A DNA stretch of 64,000 bases from Amphiscolops sp. MND2022 (Eukaryota): the NCBI GenBank assembly GCA_964187785.1, contig OZ076409.1, positions 17,238,001 to 17,302,000 on the forward strand, written 5' to 3'. The notes beneath the pieces were generated by a model. It worked only from the letters and a program-made list of their open reading frames with translations, did no database searches and had not been told where the DNA came from. Positions 37,774-51,728 of this stretch are shown one piece after another. A program made the position numbers and the translations under genes. The first letter of the stretch is position 1. Each line of letters opens with the position of its first letter.

Positions 37774-40700
37774 ATGCTGACTACGAGTCACGATGATGTA
37801 TGTATGGCTCCCGAGCCGAGTGCTCCCCGATGGGTCCCAGTCAAACTCGCATATGTAACGTACCCTGAAGGAGACCTAGTGGGGCATCTACTAGCCTGGA
37901 CATCCCTGGCACCCGTTCTCCTCATATTCGCGTCACTTTCTGTGTTCCTGTTCAGACGCGAAGTCCAAATTGTGGTTTTCTTGGCTGGGATGTTTGTCAA
38001 TGAAATTATCAATATTGTAAGAACGTTAATTTTCAACATCAAGCAATAATGATATAAAAAATTTAGCGCTTTTGGTTGTCGAAACTCAGATGATGCAGAA
38101 ACTTTGCTCGTCAGTTGATGCAGTGTATAATGAAATGCGCGTGTTCAAAATATTGAACGCAAATTGATAGTAGTTTTGCTGATTTTTTGCTATCGCTGTT
38201 TTTTATCATGGATGAAATGAAGGTTTTAACTGCATCAGCAAATGTGAGTTTTCCACCCATTTCCCGAATCAGTTCTGTGTCAATGAAAGTGACTTCTTAT
38301 CTTTTGTTTTTCACAGACTCTGAAGAAAATGATTGGACAGCGGCGACCTTGCTCACAGCATGACATGACATTACAACACACGGACTTGGGAATGCCCTCG
38401 AGTCACGCCCAGTTCATTTGGTTCTTTTCCTTCTACTTATCTCTCTTCGTCACCCTGAGGGTGGCTCACTTATCTCCAGTTTCCAACTTACAGGGTTGGG
38501 TGAAAAATCCTTATTTATCACTAATTTCATGCTTAATCCAGGTTCTATTCATGTAACCTTTGAAATTTTCAGTATTTTTCGAATTTTTAGTCATAAAATA
38601 GAATTCATTGTCAAACTATATGAATCACTATGAAGAAGAATTTATTTATTCATTTGTAGGCCATTACATAAGTAATAGGATTCATTAGCTGCAACTCTCA
38701 AAAATGGACTTTACATCTTTAGGGTTACACAACTTCTAAATAGTCCCCGAAAGCTTCATTTAGATGCTAAGTACGGAATAATATAAATACTTCACTGTTG
38801 GTAATGAAATTTATGCCATGTGGCACCTCTCAACTTTGTGCACCTTTCAGGCTGTGCCCCCTCTTTTTCACACTCGTCCTCGGCATCATCAAATTCATCC
38901 GGTTCTCAAGTCCAGTTCACCTCAGTGACGTCATCCGCGTTTAGCTTCAACAAGTTTTTCGTCTGCTGGTGGAAACTTATCATCATCATCGTGCTTTTCG
39001 TCTTAGCTGCAGTTGTCTCTTACAGCCGGGTTTATCTACAGTACCACGACTGGCCCCAAATCATAGCAGGAACTTGTTGTGGGGTGAGCTGAGTTTTACT
39101 AGAAATGTACTAAGAAGAAAAGAACAGGCCAGGAACGGCCAAAATTGGCGCCCCGCTAAAAGCTCAAAAAGACAAAGTACTTCAAAGCGTCGAAGAATCT
39201 TTTCTTGAAAAAGTTCATTTCATAGTGCCGAAAAAAACCGCAAAGGGGGACGCAAAATATATATTTTTTTGAAACAGAAAGTGGTACTCTTTGGAAAATT
39301 GAAAAAAGTTGTGCAGTTCCAAAAGTAACTCTGAGTAAGTATGTGGAAATACAAATGGGGAGATTTTCCGACCAATATGCTAATTTGTGGAATTTTTGAA
39401 AAAAGCATTCTTGAGAAAAGCATTTGATCTGCTGTTGTTTCAATCAAGTGCAAAGTTAGGGATTTTCCGAAAGATTTTGATTTTATACATCCAAATGCCG
39501 AAATTTTCATCTTTTTAGAATATTGTTGTATTCATTTTTTTTCATTTTCTGGGTTTTAACAAGGTTTTTAGAAAAGATTATCATTATATTTTCGACTGTC
39601 GAAGTTGGATAATTTTCAAGAACATTTTCTTTTTTCCAGAAAATCGTTCAGATTGATTCATGTGGGGCTGAGTATTCGCATTTGGTTTTGCTTAAGGGAA
39701 ATCTTTTTTCAAAGATAGTTTTTTCCGACGATGTCCAATTTAAGAAAAAAAATTTGTTTCTTGACCGCAAATTTTCGAAAACGGTTCCTAAACGATTTGA
39801 AGTACTTATAGCTTTTTGTTTCTTGAGCTGATCGCCGACTAACCAGTTCCTGACTTCGTTAGAAATTGTTGTTGCTTAAAATTTTCGAATGTTTTTTTAA
39901 GTTTCCGTCTTTTGTTATGTCCTCCAGAGTTAAGATTACAAAAGTGGCAATGCGATATTTTTCGTATATTGTTACCACCGAAAGTCTTCATTGGGAGATT
40001 TTCCATGGTAGGTGTAATTTTTCTTGACTGAATAAATGACGAAATCCCAATTTCGTGATTTTTTCCTGAAACGTTTTGTTCGGGAAAATGGCACAATGAA
40101 CTGAAAACATTTTAAAAACCAAAGCAACGAACCTGTAGTGAGAGAAATCCACCGGACCAAAAAAAAAGATATCGCCCTTGAGACTCCGAAAATGGTTTTA
40201 TTTCTGCGATAGCAGGAATAATACATAAACTGGAAGAAGTTTTTTCAGCCGTGTCTGTTCGTTAACCGAGTACCTACTAAAAAAGGATGCTATTTTTTTC
40301 GGCAATGACTACAAGCGTGAGATTTAAATTCCTCAAGCTGCCGACGACAGTTCGTTTCTCGTGCGATGAAACGAGCGAGTTGAAATTATGCATTCGTACG
40401 CTGAATTCATTGAGATGAAGCGAGTGAATGTTCGTAATTATGTTTTCGTTAGCCGAGTTATTGAGATGAAGCGAACGAGTGTTAATTATTCGTTCGCCGA
40501 GTGCTTCGCCTGCATCCATATGCGAATGCGAATGCGAAACTTCGTCTACGCTTAATAGTTATATTTTCCCTAGTCCGATTAAACGCGAGGGATGAACTGG
40601 TGCAGAGATTAATTGTGCGGTATATAAATGATTAAGATATGCTTCTAGTATTGAACATTGAAGCCTAAAACAGAAATGCCGTGCCCCACAGGGGCCTATT

Positions 40701-42176
40701 TTCCCTAACAGAAAACCTCGAAGTACCAAAAGTAACAAAAAATCTAAAAATACCCTCGGTAAGTCGCACAGTGCCGAAAAACGATTCGTTTCTGCTGAAA
40801 ATCAAAGGGGGTTTTTAGATTTCAAAAAAAATCAGAAAAAAGTGGCCGAAATCCCAGAAAAGGGACGCTTTTGCGTTTTCTGTACCTTTGCAAGCATAAA
40901 ATTTTGTCCAGTGCGGAATTCGAACCCACGGACACACAGAGGAACACACGTTAAAACGAAATTAATAGCGTTTTCTTAACTCGCTGAACGGTACTATGCA
41001 AACTGTGCTTATCTATTACTGCATCAATTTTTGATGAATTGATTCAATTACGCTGTTTAACTAAATACGTTTGCTTTGTGCAGCAGAAGTTAATGTCACC
41101 ATCATCTTCAAATGTTGCCAAATACTATTTTCATATGAAACTTGTCTGTGGCGCAGTAGCTGATTTTCGAACGCTTCGTATATTCATCGTATTACATTCG
41201 TAATTTCTCGACTTGACTTGTAGCTTTGTACTGCTGATAAATTGTTACTCGAATTTAGACGCTTTTACTTGGGCCCAGTGTTGTACAATTGAAGGATAAT
41301 ATAAAGGATCATTTAAATGATCATATAAATTTTCCAACCTTAAAAGCGATTCATTTAAAGAAATAATCAACTAAATGAATAGTAATAGTTTAAATAAAAA
41401 GAAACTGTACTCTCAATGTGAATCGAACCTCGACGATAGAGACGGGAGTCAACTCGATCTATTTTTTGGGAAGTTTTAATACCTAATATTCAGAATTTTC
41501 AAGTTAAAGTATTCAATCATCAGGAAACAGGGCCTCAATACTTCACGGAAAATCGGAAAAATCGATTGTCCATCAATAACATTAGGCTTAGATCTTAATG
41601 CGAATTGCAATTTTAGTCTGAAATACTGTTGTGATTTGTGTTGCAAATACAAAAATCCTTTTTAAAATTTTTAAAAATAGAAATGCACCACACTGTTTGG
41701 GCCTTCAAAATTATTAACAACCAGTAGAAGAAGAAATGATAAGACATTGGACAAAAAAGGGAAAGTAGGACGCGTTTTGAAAAATTCTTTTCAAAATGTT
41801 ATTTCACTCTGGAAATTGAAATCAAAGTGTTAGGTTTCATTTCATTTGAATCCACTATCGATGTTTGATCACTGTTTTTAAACATAGTTTTTCTTCTAAA
41901 TTTCGTCGAATGTTTTCGGCAGGCTGGTGTATCAAGATATTTTTATAATTCCGGGGTTACCTTTTGTTACAGATTGTGGTAGCGTGCCTATGGTATGTAG
42001 TCACCAGTCGCTACTTAGTGCCTTTCTACCCCCGAATAGTGTCATCTCCCTTAGCCGAGTTCCTCATGCTCCGAGACTCCAGTCTTATTCCCAACATCTT
42101 AGTGTTCGAGTACGTCAAAGCCCGTGCCGAGGCCCAGACCAGGATGCGCAAACAGAGCTCATCTTTGAGAAATTGA
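37774..42176 (+). CDS. DOLPP1: Dolichyl-diphosphatase 1 (PAP2 family), ~285 aa; exons 37774-38016, 38317-38494, 38851-39083, 41973-42176
   Basis: YVTYPEGDLVGHLLAWTSLAP; PAP2 motifs KKMIGQRRP, GMPSSHAQF, SRVYLQYHDWPQI; C-terminal LRDSSLIPNILVFEY. Confidence 0.92.
40200..40702 (+). mobile_element. Family B copy
   Basis: tttctgc-gata-gcaggaa 5' hairpin; gcccc-aca-ggggc 3' hairpin. Confidence 0.78.
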
Positions 42177-43530
42177 TTCTGGCGCTTTCTATTTATTTGG
42201 GGAGCAGGAATAACGTAGAAAATTTAAATCTTTCTCGAGAATAACGTCCAAAGCCACTTCATTCCCATTCTTTTTCCTAATACATTGAATTCAAGAGGTT
42301 ATTCGCGAAACACTTTTAATCCTTATTTTTTAGACATATTCCAGCCCCCTACGTTCACTTGTTTTTTTCGTCTCTTAGAAATCTGTCCACTTAGCTGAGC
42401 TCATGAGTTCTTCACAATCTCTTTTGGTGGTAATCAGTTGCAACTGGAAGCTCTCAACCAACCTTTTTGCTGTCTACGAAGTCCTTTACTTGGTCATTTA
42501 CGCGATCGTGATTTCATGTTCCCTATCGATTCTACGTAAGCTGATTTTGGCCGGATTTCCACAATAATTACATGGTGTAAATAGGTTCCCTTTTCTTGGT
42601 AAGTTCTATCAAGTGTATTAAGATTCTCTGAGTGGGCGAAAATGGAATATTTCAAAATCTGAAATTATATAAATAGTTGATTGACGGGATCAAAATACAG
42701 AAGTTATCTGATTCTCGGAACATTCGCTCATCTGATTTTCTTCCGATATTTTCAAGCTCAACAAATACGCGTTTCTAATAACCCGTTTTCATTCCTGCTA
42801 AAATTGTCTACAATGTTTTCCGTGACATAGATTTCGTTTTTTGTGCCTAGTTGCGGTTTTAAATGTGAATTCTATTTTTCAAGGGAAACAATTTTGACTG
42901 GAAATGCATCTGTTTTTAAAGAACAATTTAGCAAGCAATAAACAATTTCTGATTCTTGTCCTAAATATGAGAAAAAAAATATTTCCGAAAGTTAATTGCA
43001 GTCAATCTCCTTCGCGCAGTGCTCTAATCGGAGAAGTCATTTGTTTAGATCGAACAATTGCATTTGAGATTTGGAGCATGTTTTATGATAAGAAGAAACT
43101 CAGTTACTAGGAGGTTCGATTCAAGTACAATTCAATATCCTACGTTTTGAATAGCAGTTGCAGCTGATTACCACTGCCCTACCACATCGTTATTTATATG
43201 TTCATTTTGGATCACTTCTATTATTGATCATTCAATGGTTATTTATAAATCGTTGTTACCAATTGTATTCCTTTTTCATTATCATACAAATTCCTAATTC
43301 AAAAATTGAAATGACTCTGCTTCAGAAATAACCCACTCTTTTGTCGTGCTTCCCGTTGAAATAATTATTCATCGAACAGTTTCAGATACAACATGATGTT
43401 CATACGTAGTGAAATATTGACGTCACATTAAGAAGAAAAGCAGCTGCCAACAAACATTTCGAGTTTGCCTCACAAGTTGTGAGCACTTCTCTGGCCATAC
43501 TTTCTGTGCCGATCTGAATCAGTAGCAACT

Positions 43531-46500
43531 ATGCGTTCGGACACAGCAACTAGTGCTGACGAGCGTCAACGTCGTCTTAGTTCTAAGTGAGTATTGCAGA
43601 TGTATATCAGAATTGTGACTTTTTGGATTTTTCCTAGTAACTAAAAATCAAATGATTTGGGACGAAACTGCAAGTGATAAATATACACCATTTGCCGCTG
43701 ATACTCAGCATTTTGGCGCTGAAACTAAGTTCCTAAGAACATTAAATCAGCCAAATGAGGTCTTTCGATATTTTTGATCTGCGTTTTCAGTAAATTTGTA
43801 AAAAAAAATACTATCCGAAATTTTGACGTTATATCCGAAGTAAATTTCTTTTACCACTAAAGCCAAGGGGGCGGTTCTGAAAAATTGGGCTTTATCCGAA
43901 TTTTTGACGACGTTCTATCCGAACTATATTGCGTTTTTAATATTTCTGCTTTAGCAGGAATATTATTGTAACCTCAAACTTTCTACTTATTTTTTTTCAG
44001 AACAATTTTTGTCGTGATACTGAATAATTCAGATATTTTGTTCGGCAGTGACTGTAAGCGTGGGAAAGCTGCCGACAACAATTCAATTCTAGTGCGATGG
44101 AACGAGCGAGTGGTAATTATCCATTCGTATGCTGACGTCATTGAGATGAAGCGAGCGAATGTTCGTAATTGTGCTTTCGTTGCCCCAAGTTATTGAGATG
44201 AAGCGAATGAGTGTTAATTATTCGTTCGTTGAGAGCTTCGCCTGCATTCAAATGCGAATGCGAAACTTCGTCTACGCTAAGTAGTTATATTTTCTTTGGT
44301 CCGAGAAGAACTAAAGGCGGTGTAAACTTGTACAGTGATTACATGTAATTGTGCGCTAAATAATGATTGAACAAGAGTGTATTGGTATTCCAGATATGAT
44401 TCTTTTATTAATGATTTTTTTTGTTTCAAAAAAAAAATAAAGATTAGAGCAGAAATAGTACTGAGCCCCGGGGGGCCTATTTTCTTAAAGAGAAGGCGGC
44501 GTTTTCGAAAACAAGCGCTCTCATTTGTTTGATAACTCACTATATTCGAAGATTTGCACCGTTTTCCGAGCACGATTTTTGTGAGTTTTTCAAAAACAAG
44601 ACGCCCCCGCCTGACCTGCAGAATATTTTCCGTCCAAACTGTTCTAGCAAGGACATACTTTTGAGGCTCAAGAGTAGCCAGTGCTTTATGAAAACCCAAA
44701 GAGGTTTGACTACTAAAAGTTTTGACACTTTTTCACTTTTTAGTCGGCGCATTTTAGTAGAAAATGTGCCCGACTATTACAGTGGGTAGTTTTTTTAGAC
44801 GCGTAAGGTCCACTTTTTTGTTCATTTGTTCAACAACGTCAAACCTCAACAACTCCAACCTCAGAAGCGCGTCCAAAACGAAAAGAAAAAACAAAACAGA
44901 CGTCCGCAACCTCGAAATCACACTAAGGATTCCCCCACTTTTTTCGGAACTATGCGACTTTTTGAAACTTTTTGGATTGAATTTTTTCCCCAAAGGGCTC
45001 CCCTTCATTTTTTCTGATGTTTTGCAACACAATGGATGTCAAAAAATCACAAAGGGTCCCCCTTTTACATTTTTCGGCACTGTGACACTGTTCAAAAATC
45101 TCATCAAAAAAATTTTTTGGGGAAATTTTTCCATGTCTCCAAAGGGTCCCCTCAATTTTTTAAAATTTTTTTGCAACCAGCTGGATTTTCACAAAGCCCG
45201 AAGGGTCCCCCTTTTGAATTTGGAGCCTTAAATATGGCGCCGACTTTGGCCGTTCTCGGCTTGTTAATTAATGTCATCCCATCTGAAAAGGAACACTAAA
45301 TACCTAGTTGTTTTGTCAAATTGTATGTGGATACCAAAACCTAACTTACCAACTTTCTTGCACGAAAAGTCACTAAAAACGTCCAATTGCGGTCATTTTG
45401 AGGCACTTTACGTACGAAATTGCAAATTTTTAATATACGTACTTATTGCAAACCTAATTGAATCCTTTCGAGTTAATTGAAACTTCTCAATTCCAAAAAC
45501 TGCCAACTTTTGTTTTTTTTTCGACCTCTTCGGTGTCATTTTAATGCTATTTTGTAACGTGAACTTTCAATTGACCTTTAAAAAGCCTAGTGGATAATGT
45601 CTTTCTTCGCTGTTTAAAGTTTAAACTGATTTCGACGCCCACACTGCAATTCTCTCTTCAAAAAGCATTATACATAGCTAGTTTGTTCGTCTTTGAATGT
45701 TCGAAAACTTCTTTGCCATAAGAACCTTAAATTATAGTACTCAAATTGCATGAAAAACTACAATAACTGAATTTTTTTTGGATTTGCGACTTTTCTTCGT
45801 CAAATGGTGTTTTTCAGAAATACTGCATTTATCTTTCCAAAAAGCCTACTAGACAACGGATTCTATTGTTATTCAACAGTTTCTGAGTTATAGTTCAGTC
45901 TCTCGAAAATTTGATTTTAAAAAATGCATAAAATCCTAACTCGGAATTTTTTGTCATTTTTGGTCGCTAGTTAAGGTATTTTTTCAATACGTAACAATAA
46001 CTTCGGGGACAACTGATTCTTTACTTGCTGAGCGGTTTCAAGATTCTAAGCCACCAAGTCCATCGAAAAATTGACCTAAAATTGCATGAAAGTGTTAAAA
46101 AGCTTGAAATTTTGGACTTTTTTTCAATTTCGGACTGAATTTGAGGCCTTTTTTTTCTGCGGTAGCAGGAATATTATTGAAACCTTAAGATCTCTACTTT
46201 TTTCAGTAAAATTCATCGCATGATACTGAATAATGTTTTGTTTGAGGCCAGAGGACCGAAATGTGCCTGGCCAATTAAGCGTTGTGTTCTATACGCGTGT
46301 CCCATGTCCTAATTGAGCGGCTTCATTTCTATAACATCCCCGAGTACGACTATAAAAATTCAGATTATTTGTTCGGCAGTGACTATGAGCGTGAGTATTA
46401 ATTTTCACAAGCTGTCGGCGACAATTCAATTCTCGTGCGATGGAACGAGCGAGTGGCAATTATGCATTCGTACGCTGACGTCATTGAGATGAAGCGAGCG

Positions 46501-49500
46501 AATGTTCGTAATTATGCTTTCGTACGCCGAGTTATTGAGATGAAGCGAATGAGTGTTAAGCTTTCGTTCGCCATCATTCAAATTATGCATTCGTATGCTG
46601 ACGTCATTGAGATGAAGCGAGCGAATGTTCGTAATTATGCTTTCGTTCGCCGAGTTATTGAGATGAAGCGAATGAGTGTTAAGCTTTCGTTCGCCTTCAT
46701 TCAAATGCGAATGCGAAACTTCGTCTACGCTTAGTAGTTATATTTGCTTCAGTCTGAGATTCAAAGGCGGTATAAACTGGTACAGTGATTAATTGTGCGC
46801 TAAATAATGATTAAACAGGATGTATAGGTACTCCAGATTTGACTGTATTATTAATGAAAGATTGAAGCAGAAATAATAGTGTGCCCCGGAGGGGCCTATT
46901 TTTCCTTTGAAAATTGCATGTATTTATTTGTTCAGCGAACCCTCTTGGGCGACGATTTTTTTCCTCTTTTAGAATTTTCAAGTCTAATTCACGAATGCTC
47001 TCGCAAATTTGGCAACCTATGCATAAAAACGTTAAAAATCGAAAAGAATTGCAATTTTGGTCTTTTTAGGGTCATTCTGGGGTATTTGGGGTCAACCAAA
47101 AATTCTCTTCAAATATATCGCATGATCTTGAATTTACGTCAGTTGAATTCTATGGTTAAGTCCTTTATTTTGGATATAAATTTGGAACATGGCAAATTTT
47201 GTTTGAAAAAATGCGATTGATTTAAATATTTTTTTATCCCTTATGAAATATGGACGGAAAATCAAAAAGTCCTGATCTTTTCTTTGAAACTGCGCTTTTT
47301 GAGCCACAAGTGTAGCGCAGACTTGAGACGTTTCCGTCTTGTTTAAATGATAATTTTCACATTTCTCTTGTGAAAAGTGTGCTAAGTAAGAAATTTTGTT
47401 TTTCAACTCCCTGATCTTCATACAGAAGGACACATCCAAAAGTTTTACAAAAACTTCTTTAGGTTCACTTTTCTGAAAACTCCTCAACTCTGGTTACAAA
47501 AATATGCCACTATGTAGATAATCATATCCGCTAAATTTTTAAAGAATTGCTTAACGCGCTTGAAATTTGAAAAATACAATTTTAAGAGCAATTTTCGGAA
47601 CGAAAAACTATACATTCACTTCAGTGTAGAAAGACCTTTCATTAGGGTATAAAATTGGAACAAGGCAAAGTTGAAAGAAAACACAGCTTATTTAGTAGTT
47701 TTCTTTTTTCATATTGAAAATTGGGCAGAAAATATTAATTAAAAGTTTTCATTTTGTTTTAGAGGCGAAAGCTTGTATCAAATCCTTAACATTGAGAAGT
47801 CAGCCACTCCTGAACAGATTAAAAAGAGTTATCGCAAGGTAATTTCTATATTTTTGTCATTTTTCTCTCTGAGTTTGCAAGTGTTTTAGCAATTTACCAA
47901 ACAGAAACCAGCTGTGACCTCTAGGTCGTCAGTTCATTCGCGACTCATATCAGCCGCCATCGAAAAACTACTTTATATTTCAACTTTTGTACGTCATCGA
48001 AATGATTCTAATCACACGATTCCAGTAGTTTTTAGAAAACACCCTACAAATTCGGTGGTTTGAAAGATAGTCCTTTAGTGATAAGCAACTTCCAAACCTC
48101 GATCTTGATTAAATTCTTTATTTAACGCATTCATGTGTGATATCATCTGTTATTTGTGTGATTTCAGTTAGCTTTAAAGTATCATCCTGACAAAAATCCA
48201 GATAATGCTGAAGCTGCCGAAACAGTTAGTAGTATTCCACTAGATCCTCTAGTTTCAACGAGTTCAGTTAGCTGTGTACAATTTGTTTACAGTTCAAGGA
48301 AATCAACAGAGCTAACACAATTTTATCAGACGAAAAGAAAAGAGAAATTTATGACAAATATGGAAGTCGTGGGTTACAGATATTGGATCAGATGGGACCA
48401 GAGGTTCGTTTTGATGTCTTGTGTTTTATTGTTTCTAATGTACGATGGAATTCACACCTTCAATGAAAAACTTTTCCAGGTATCTTCGTGTTAATGTTTA
48501 GCGAATTGCGCTTTGCTTTATTTTGTTTTGTTCTATTTTCAATAGTAAAACGTTCATGAATATTGAGTGAATATAAGCATAAGTTTTTGAAAATTCGAAG
48601 GATGCTCTCAAATCAATTCAATACAATCAACTCCGTTTATAACGATTACGGTTATATAACGATTTATATTCCGCAATAGTTTCACGGTCCCGGCCGCGAT
48701 GCTAGTATATAACGATTTTCGCCTATAACGATATTCGGATATAACGATTAACAAGCCGGGAACGGCCAAAGTCGACGCTATATTTAAGGCTCAAAATTGT
48801 ACAAGAGAGGACCCTTTGGGCTTTGTGAATTCCAGTTTGTTGCAAAATTTGAAAAAAATTGAAGGGGGACCCTTGGGAGATTTTTAAAAATTTGCGAAAA
48901 ATTTGAAATGAGATTTTTGAACAGTGGCATAGTGCCGAAAAATGTAAAAGGGAGGACCCCTTGGGATTTTTTGACATCCATTGTGTTGTATAATATCGAA
49001 ACAAACGAAGGGGAAAACCCTTTGGTGCAATCCAAAAAATTTCAAAAAAAAGTCGCATAGTGCCGGAAAAATCAGTGAAAAACACCAAAGGCGAATCTAA
49101 GTATGTTTTCTGTTTTCGATGATCGGGACGTCGATGTTTTTGTTTTGGACGAGGTTCTGGCGTTTCGAGTATGTTTTGGACGTCCGTAGTTCAAGTTGAT
49201 GTTGTTGAACAAATGAACAAAAAAGTGGACCTTACGCGTCTAAAAAAACTACCTTTAGTGTAGAGAAGGTCAATAATGTGGCTGTAAGAGTCGCGCACAT
49301 TTTCTAAAATGCACCGACCAAAAACTACCCACTGTAAGAATCGGGCTCATTTTCATCATTTTCTATTAAAATGCGCCGACTAAAAACGCCGGTTCCAGGC
49401 AATCGTTGTAAGCGGAGTTGAGTGTATAATGTTTCCGCTGATTTTTTAAATTGTATGCTAGTACAGTATTGTATTATAAATTATCGGTCGCTTTATTTTC

Positions 49501-49652
49501 AGGCTGCTGATTTGTGGTTCCGACTGAACAGTCCCTTGGCAAAGGTTAGCTTGTCACCTATTTTATTAATCGTGACTGTTTTTCAATGTCCAGTAGTTTT
49601 TTCAGTTTGTTTTTTGTCTAGGGTTGTCTGATCTTTTGCGTTATCATCACGG

Positions 49653-49687
<35 letters not shown>

Positions 49688-50696
49688 AACTGCTGTTGTG
49701 GCAAGTTCAAACCCAAAGTGGACGAGGAGGTCGACGAAGATTTCCTGGCCCAGTTCGAGAAAGACTTCATGAAGGACAACGAGGAAGGTAACGACCGCAA
49801 TGGCACCGGAGGCGATGGACCCATCACTGCACAACCGCGTAAGTTGCTATTCCCTTCTTCTTAACAATCGCCCATAATGTCAATACCGCCTAATTTGCGT
49901 AGAGCCAGGTACTGGACAAGCATACATTCTCCAAGACATGCGACAAAATAAATAAGTACGCTTTTTTAAATTGAGAAACCTGAAGTTTTTTGAAGTGCCT
50001 AAAATGAATAAGAAAAGCAAAAATGTCAATTTTACTAATATTCCGAATTTTTCACGCAAGTTTCGTTCGTAGTTTGATGGCCACTCTCGAGCACTACAGC
50101 ATGTTGCTAAAATAATTAATGGTGGAAAATATCCTGGTGTTCAGCAAGCTTCTTGTTAATCAATCCAAAGTTGAATGTCAGGTCATCAGTAATTAATCTG
50201 ACGAGACGAGTTCCGAAGTACTCAGAAAACTCAGCTGCAAACAGTGGTTGACATCGCTAGTCTCCGAATCGCCAACTTCAGAATCGCTAAGTCGATGATT
50301 TCCTTTCAATTTATAAAATCGAGTGTTTTTTTTTAGAAAAATTATTGGAAAAGTCATGTGTGTAAACGAAAAGAAAAGATTTCCGCATTCCATGGCGAAA
50401 AAAATATGGGAACTGGGAACATTCCATCTTTTTGCAGTTTTACGATTTTAATGACTAGTTCTTTTTAAATCGGTAGTGAAATTGCTGATTGTTTCGCTTG
50501 TGCCCGCTGAGTTGCTGATTAGCATGTCGCCAACCTTGATACCAGATTATTCATAAATAACGAATGATTTCTGGACTGGTGTGGTACCGTCTTCGCTACT
50601 TGCATTTTTCCACACATTTCTGTGTCATCCTGTCTGAAATTTGTTCAACTTGCTGTCGTTTCAGAGAATCTAGGGTCACAAGATCCTGTGTGCTAA
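43531..50696 (+). CDS. DNAJC5: Cysteine string protein (DnaJ C5), ~196 aa; exons 43531-43586, 47763-47838, 48168-48224, 48293-48403, 49503-49544, 49622-49838, 50665-50696 (alternative stop exon 49903-49955)
   Basis: Not in the ORF track, read manually: MRSD...[19 protein letters not shown]...[20 protein letters not shown]...|[13 protein letters not shown]...YDKYGSRGL; cysteine string ITG-C11-N-C3-GKFKPK; the terminal exon is less certain. Confidence 0.9.
43942..44483 (+). mobile_element. Family B copy
   Basis: Same termini and core as the other copies. Confidence 0.78.
44737..45265 (+). mobile_element. Family A HINE-like copy
   Basis: tagtcggcgcattttagtagaaaatgtgcccgacta 5' hairpin; gcgccgactttggccgttctcggcttgtt end. 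Confidence 0.78.
46149..46902 (+). mobile_element. Family B copy with internal ~123-bp tandem duplication
   Basis: aattatgcattcgta units at 46458 and 46581; GCCCC-gga-GGGGC 46883-46895. Confidence 0.78.
48624..49424. mobile_element. pogo/Tigger-type MITE interrupted by a family A copy
   Basis: TIR caatcaactccgtttataacgatt / aatcgttgtaagcggagttgagtg; TA flanks. Confidence 0.8.
48750..49386 (-). mobile_element. Family A HINE-like copy nested in a pogo/Tigger-type MITE
   Basis: Reverse-complement termini aacaagccgggaacggc and gcgccgactaaaaa; 5' terminus tandemly duplicated. Confidence 0.75.
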
Positions 50697-51562
50697 ATAT
50701 GCGAGCACTCGTGAACAAGTAATGATCATTTCTTCATCGCTTTCTCAACTGCTCTGTTCACGTTCACTTAGTGCCGCCAGTACAGTCGTGTGATATTGTG
50801 TCGAAATTGTGTGCATGATCAGGCTTGTAAAAATAAATATATTCACTTGTTGGTTTCTGGCCAGCAGTAAATATATTAAATATATTGAGGGAAAAATATA
50901 CTGTTCGAACAAAAACCTCATTTGTATACTTCTTGGACTGTATCCACCAATAATAATAATACCAAACTTTGAAGTGGATGAACGAATTTTTCTAAATGTC
51001 TAGTAACCAAATCCAAATACTTCATAATAGTTGGTCAAGAAATATAATTGAGTTGAATTTCGTGTATTTCGAGTATACGACTATTACACCGTTTCCACGT
51101 TAAATGAAGCACATCAGATGTTAAATGAACAACCAATAGAAATTGATTAGCTTGCTACAGCAAATCTCAAATAATGTGAACGAAATCGCAGCTTGAATGA
51201 AAGTGTAAGCGAATGCCGCATACGATTTTGTGTACATGTACAGCACTCTTTGGTCAGCGTTTGTTAAATTTGAAAGCGTCGTTGGTGATTCTTATTCGCT
51301 AACTCACTTGGAAGCTGATATAGTTCACTTGAATTCTGATTGTAAAGCACTTTTAGTTTGGTGGCCGGTGATTGGCTGAAAATTTGGAACGAAAGCCGAG
51401 ACGATTCACTTAAAATCTGATATGCTTCACTCAACGCGGAAACGGTGTATCATACATTTGTTGCACATGACGAAGTCAATGTGCATTGCAGTCCAGCTAA
51501 GAAAGTTTTTTTTTCCACAATAGCCAACTTCATAATAAGCGCCTTTTAGAGAAAAGCCAAAA

Positions 51563-51632
51563 CCCCAGAGAGATTCGAACCTGAAGCCTTCCGATTGCGC
51601 GGCATAAGTGTTAACCACTGTGCCATAAGGAC
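51563..51632 (-). pseudogene. tRNA-derived sequence (pseudo-tRNA or SINE head)
   Basis: Minus strand GTCCTTA-TGGCACAGTGG (A box)...GGTTCGAATC (B box); T and anticodon stems pair poorly. Confidence 0.6.
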
Positions 51633-51678
51633 GTTATTGAATAAAGTTGAACTGTTGAATATATACGCATGCGATTAA

Positions 51679-51682
<4 letters not shown>

Positions 51683-51727
<45 letters not shown>
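51683..51727. repeat. (TA)n microsatellite
   Basis: About 22 AT units. Confidence 0.95.

Positions 51728-51728
<1 letters not shown>

Larger units (their letters stand above)
44490..47200. repeat. Second family C copy, interrupted by family A and family B insertions
   Basis: Shares motifs with 1-2520 (aagcctactagacaac at ~45841); boundaries approximate. Confidence 0.55.

Noticed and set aside
40905..40932. Minus-strand B-box-like GGTTCGAATTCC
   Set aside because: No tRNA body; lies in repeat-derived sequence
46426..46734. Repetitive ORFs in family B copies, and their ~51-bp subrepeats as a possible CRISPR array
   Set aside because: Tandem repeats inside a dispersed element; no unique spacers; eukaryotic context
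49618..49827. Minus-strand poly-Gln ORF
   Set aside because: Antisense shadow of the DNAJC5 cysteine string
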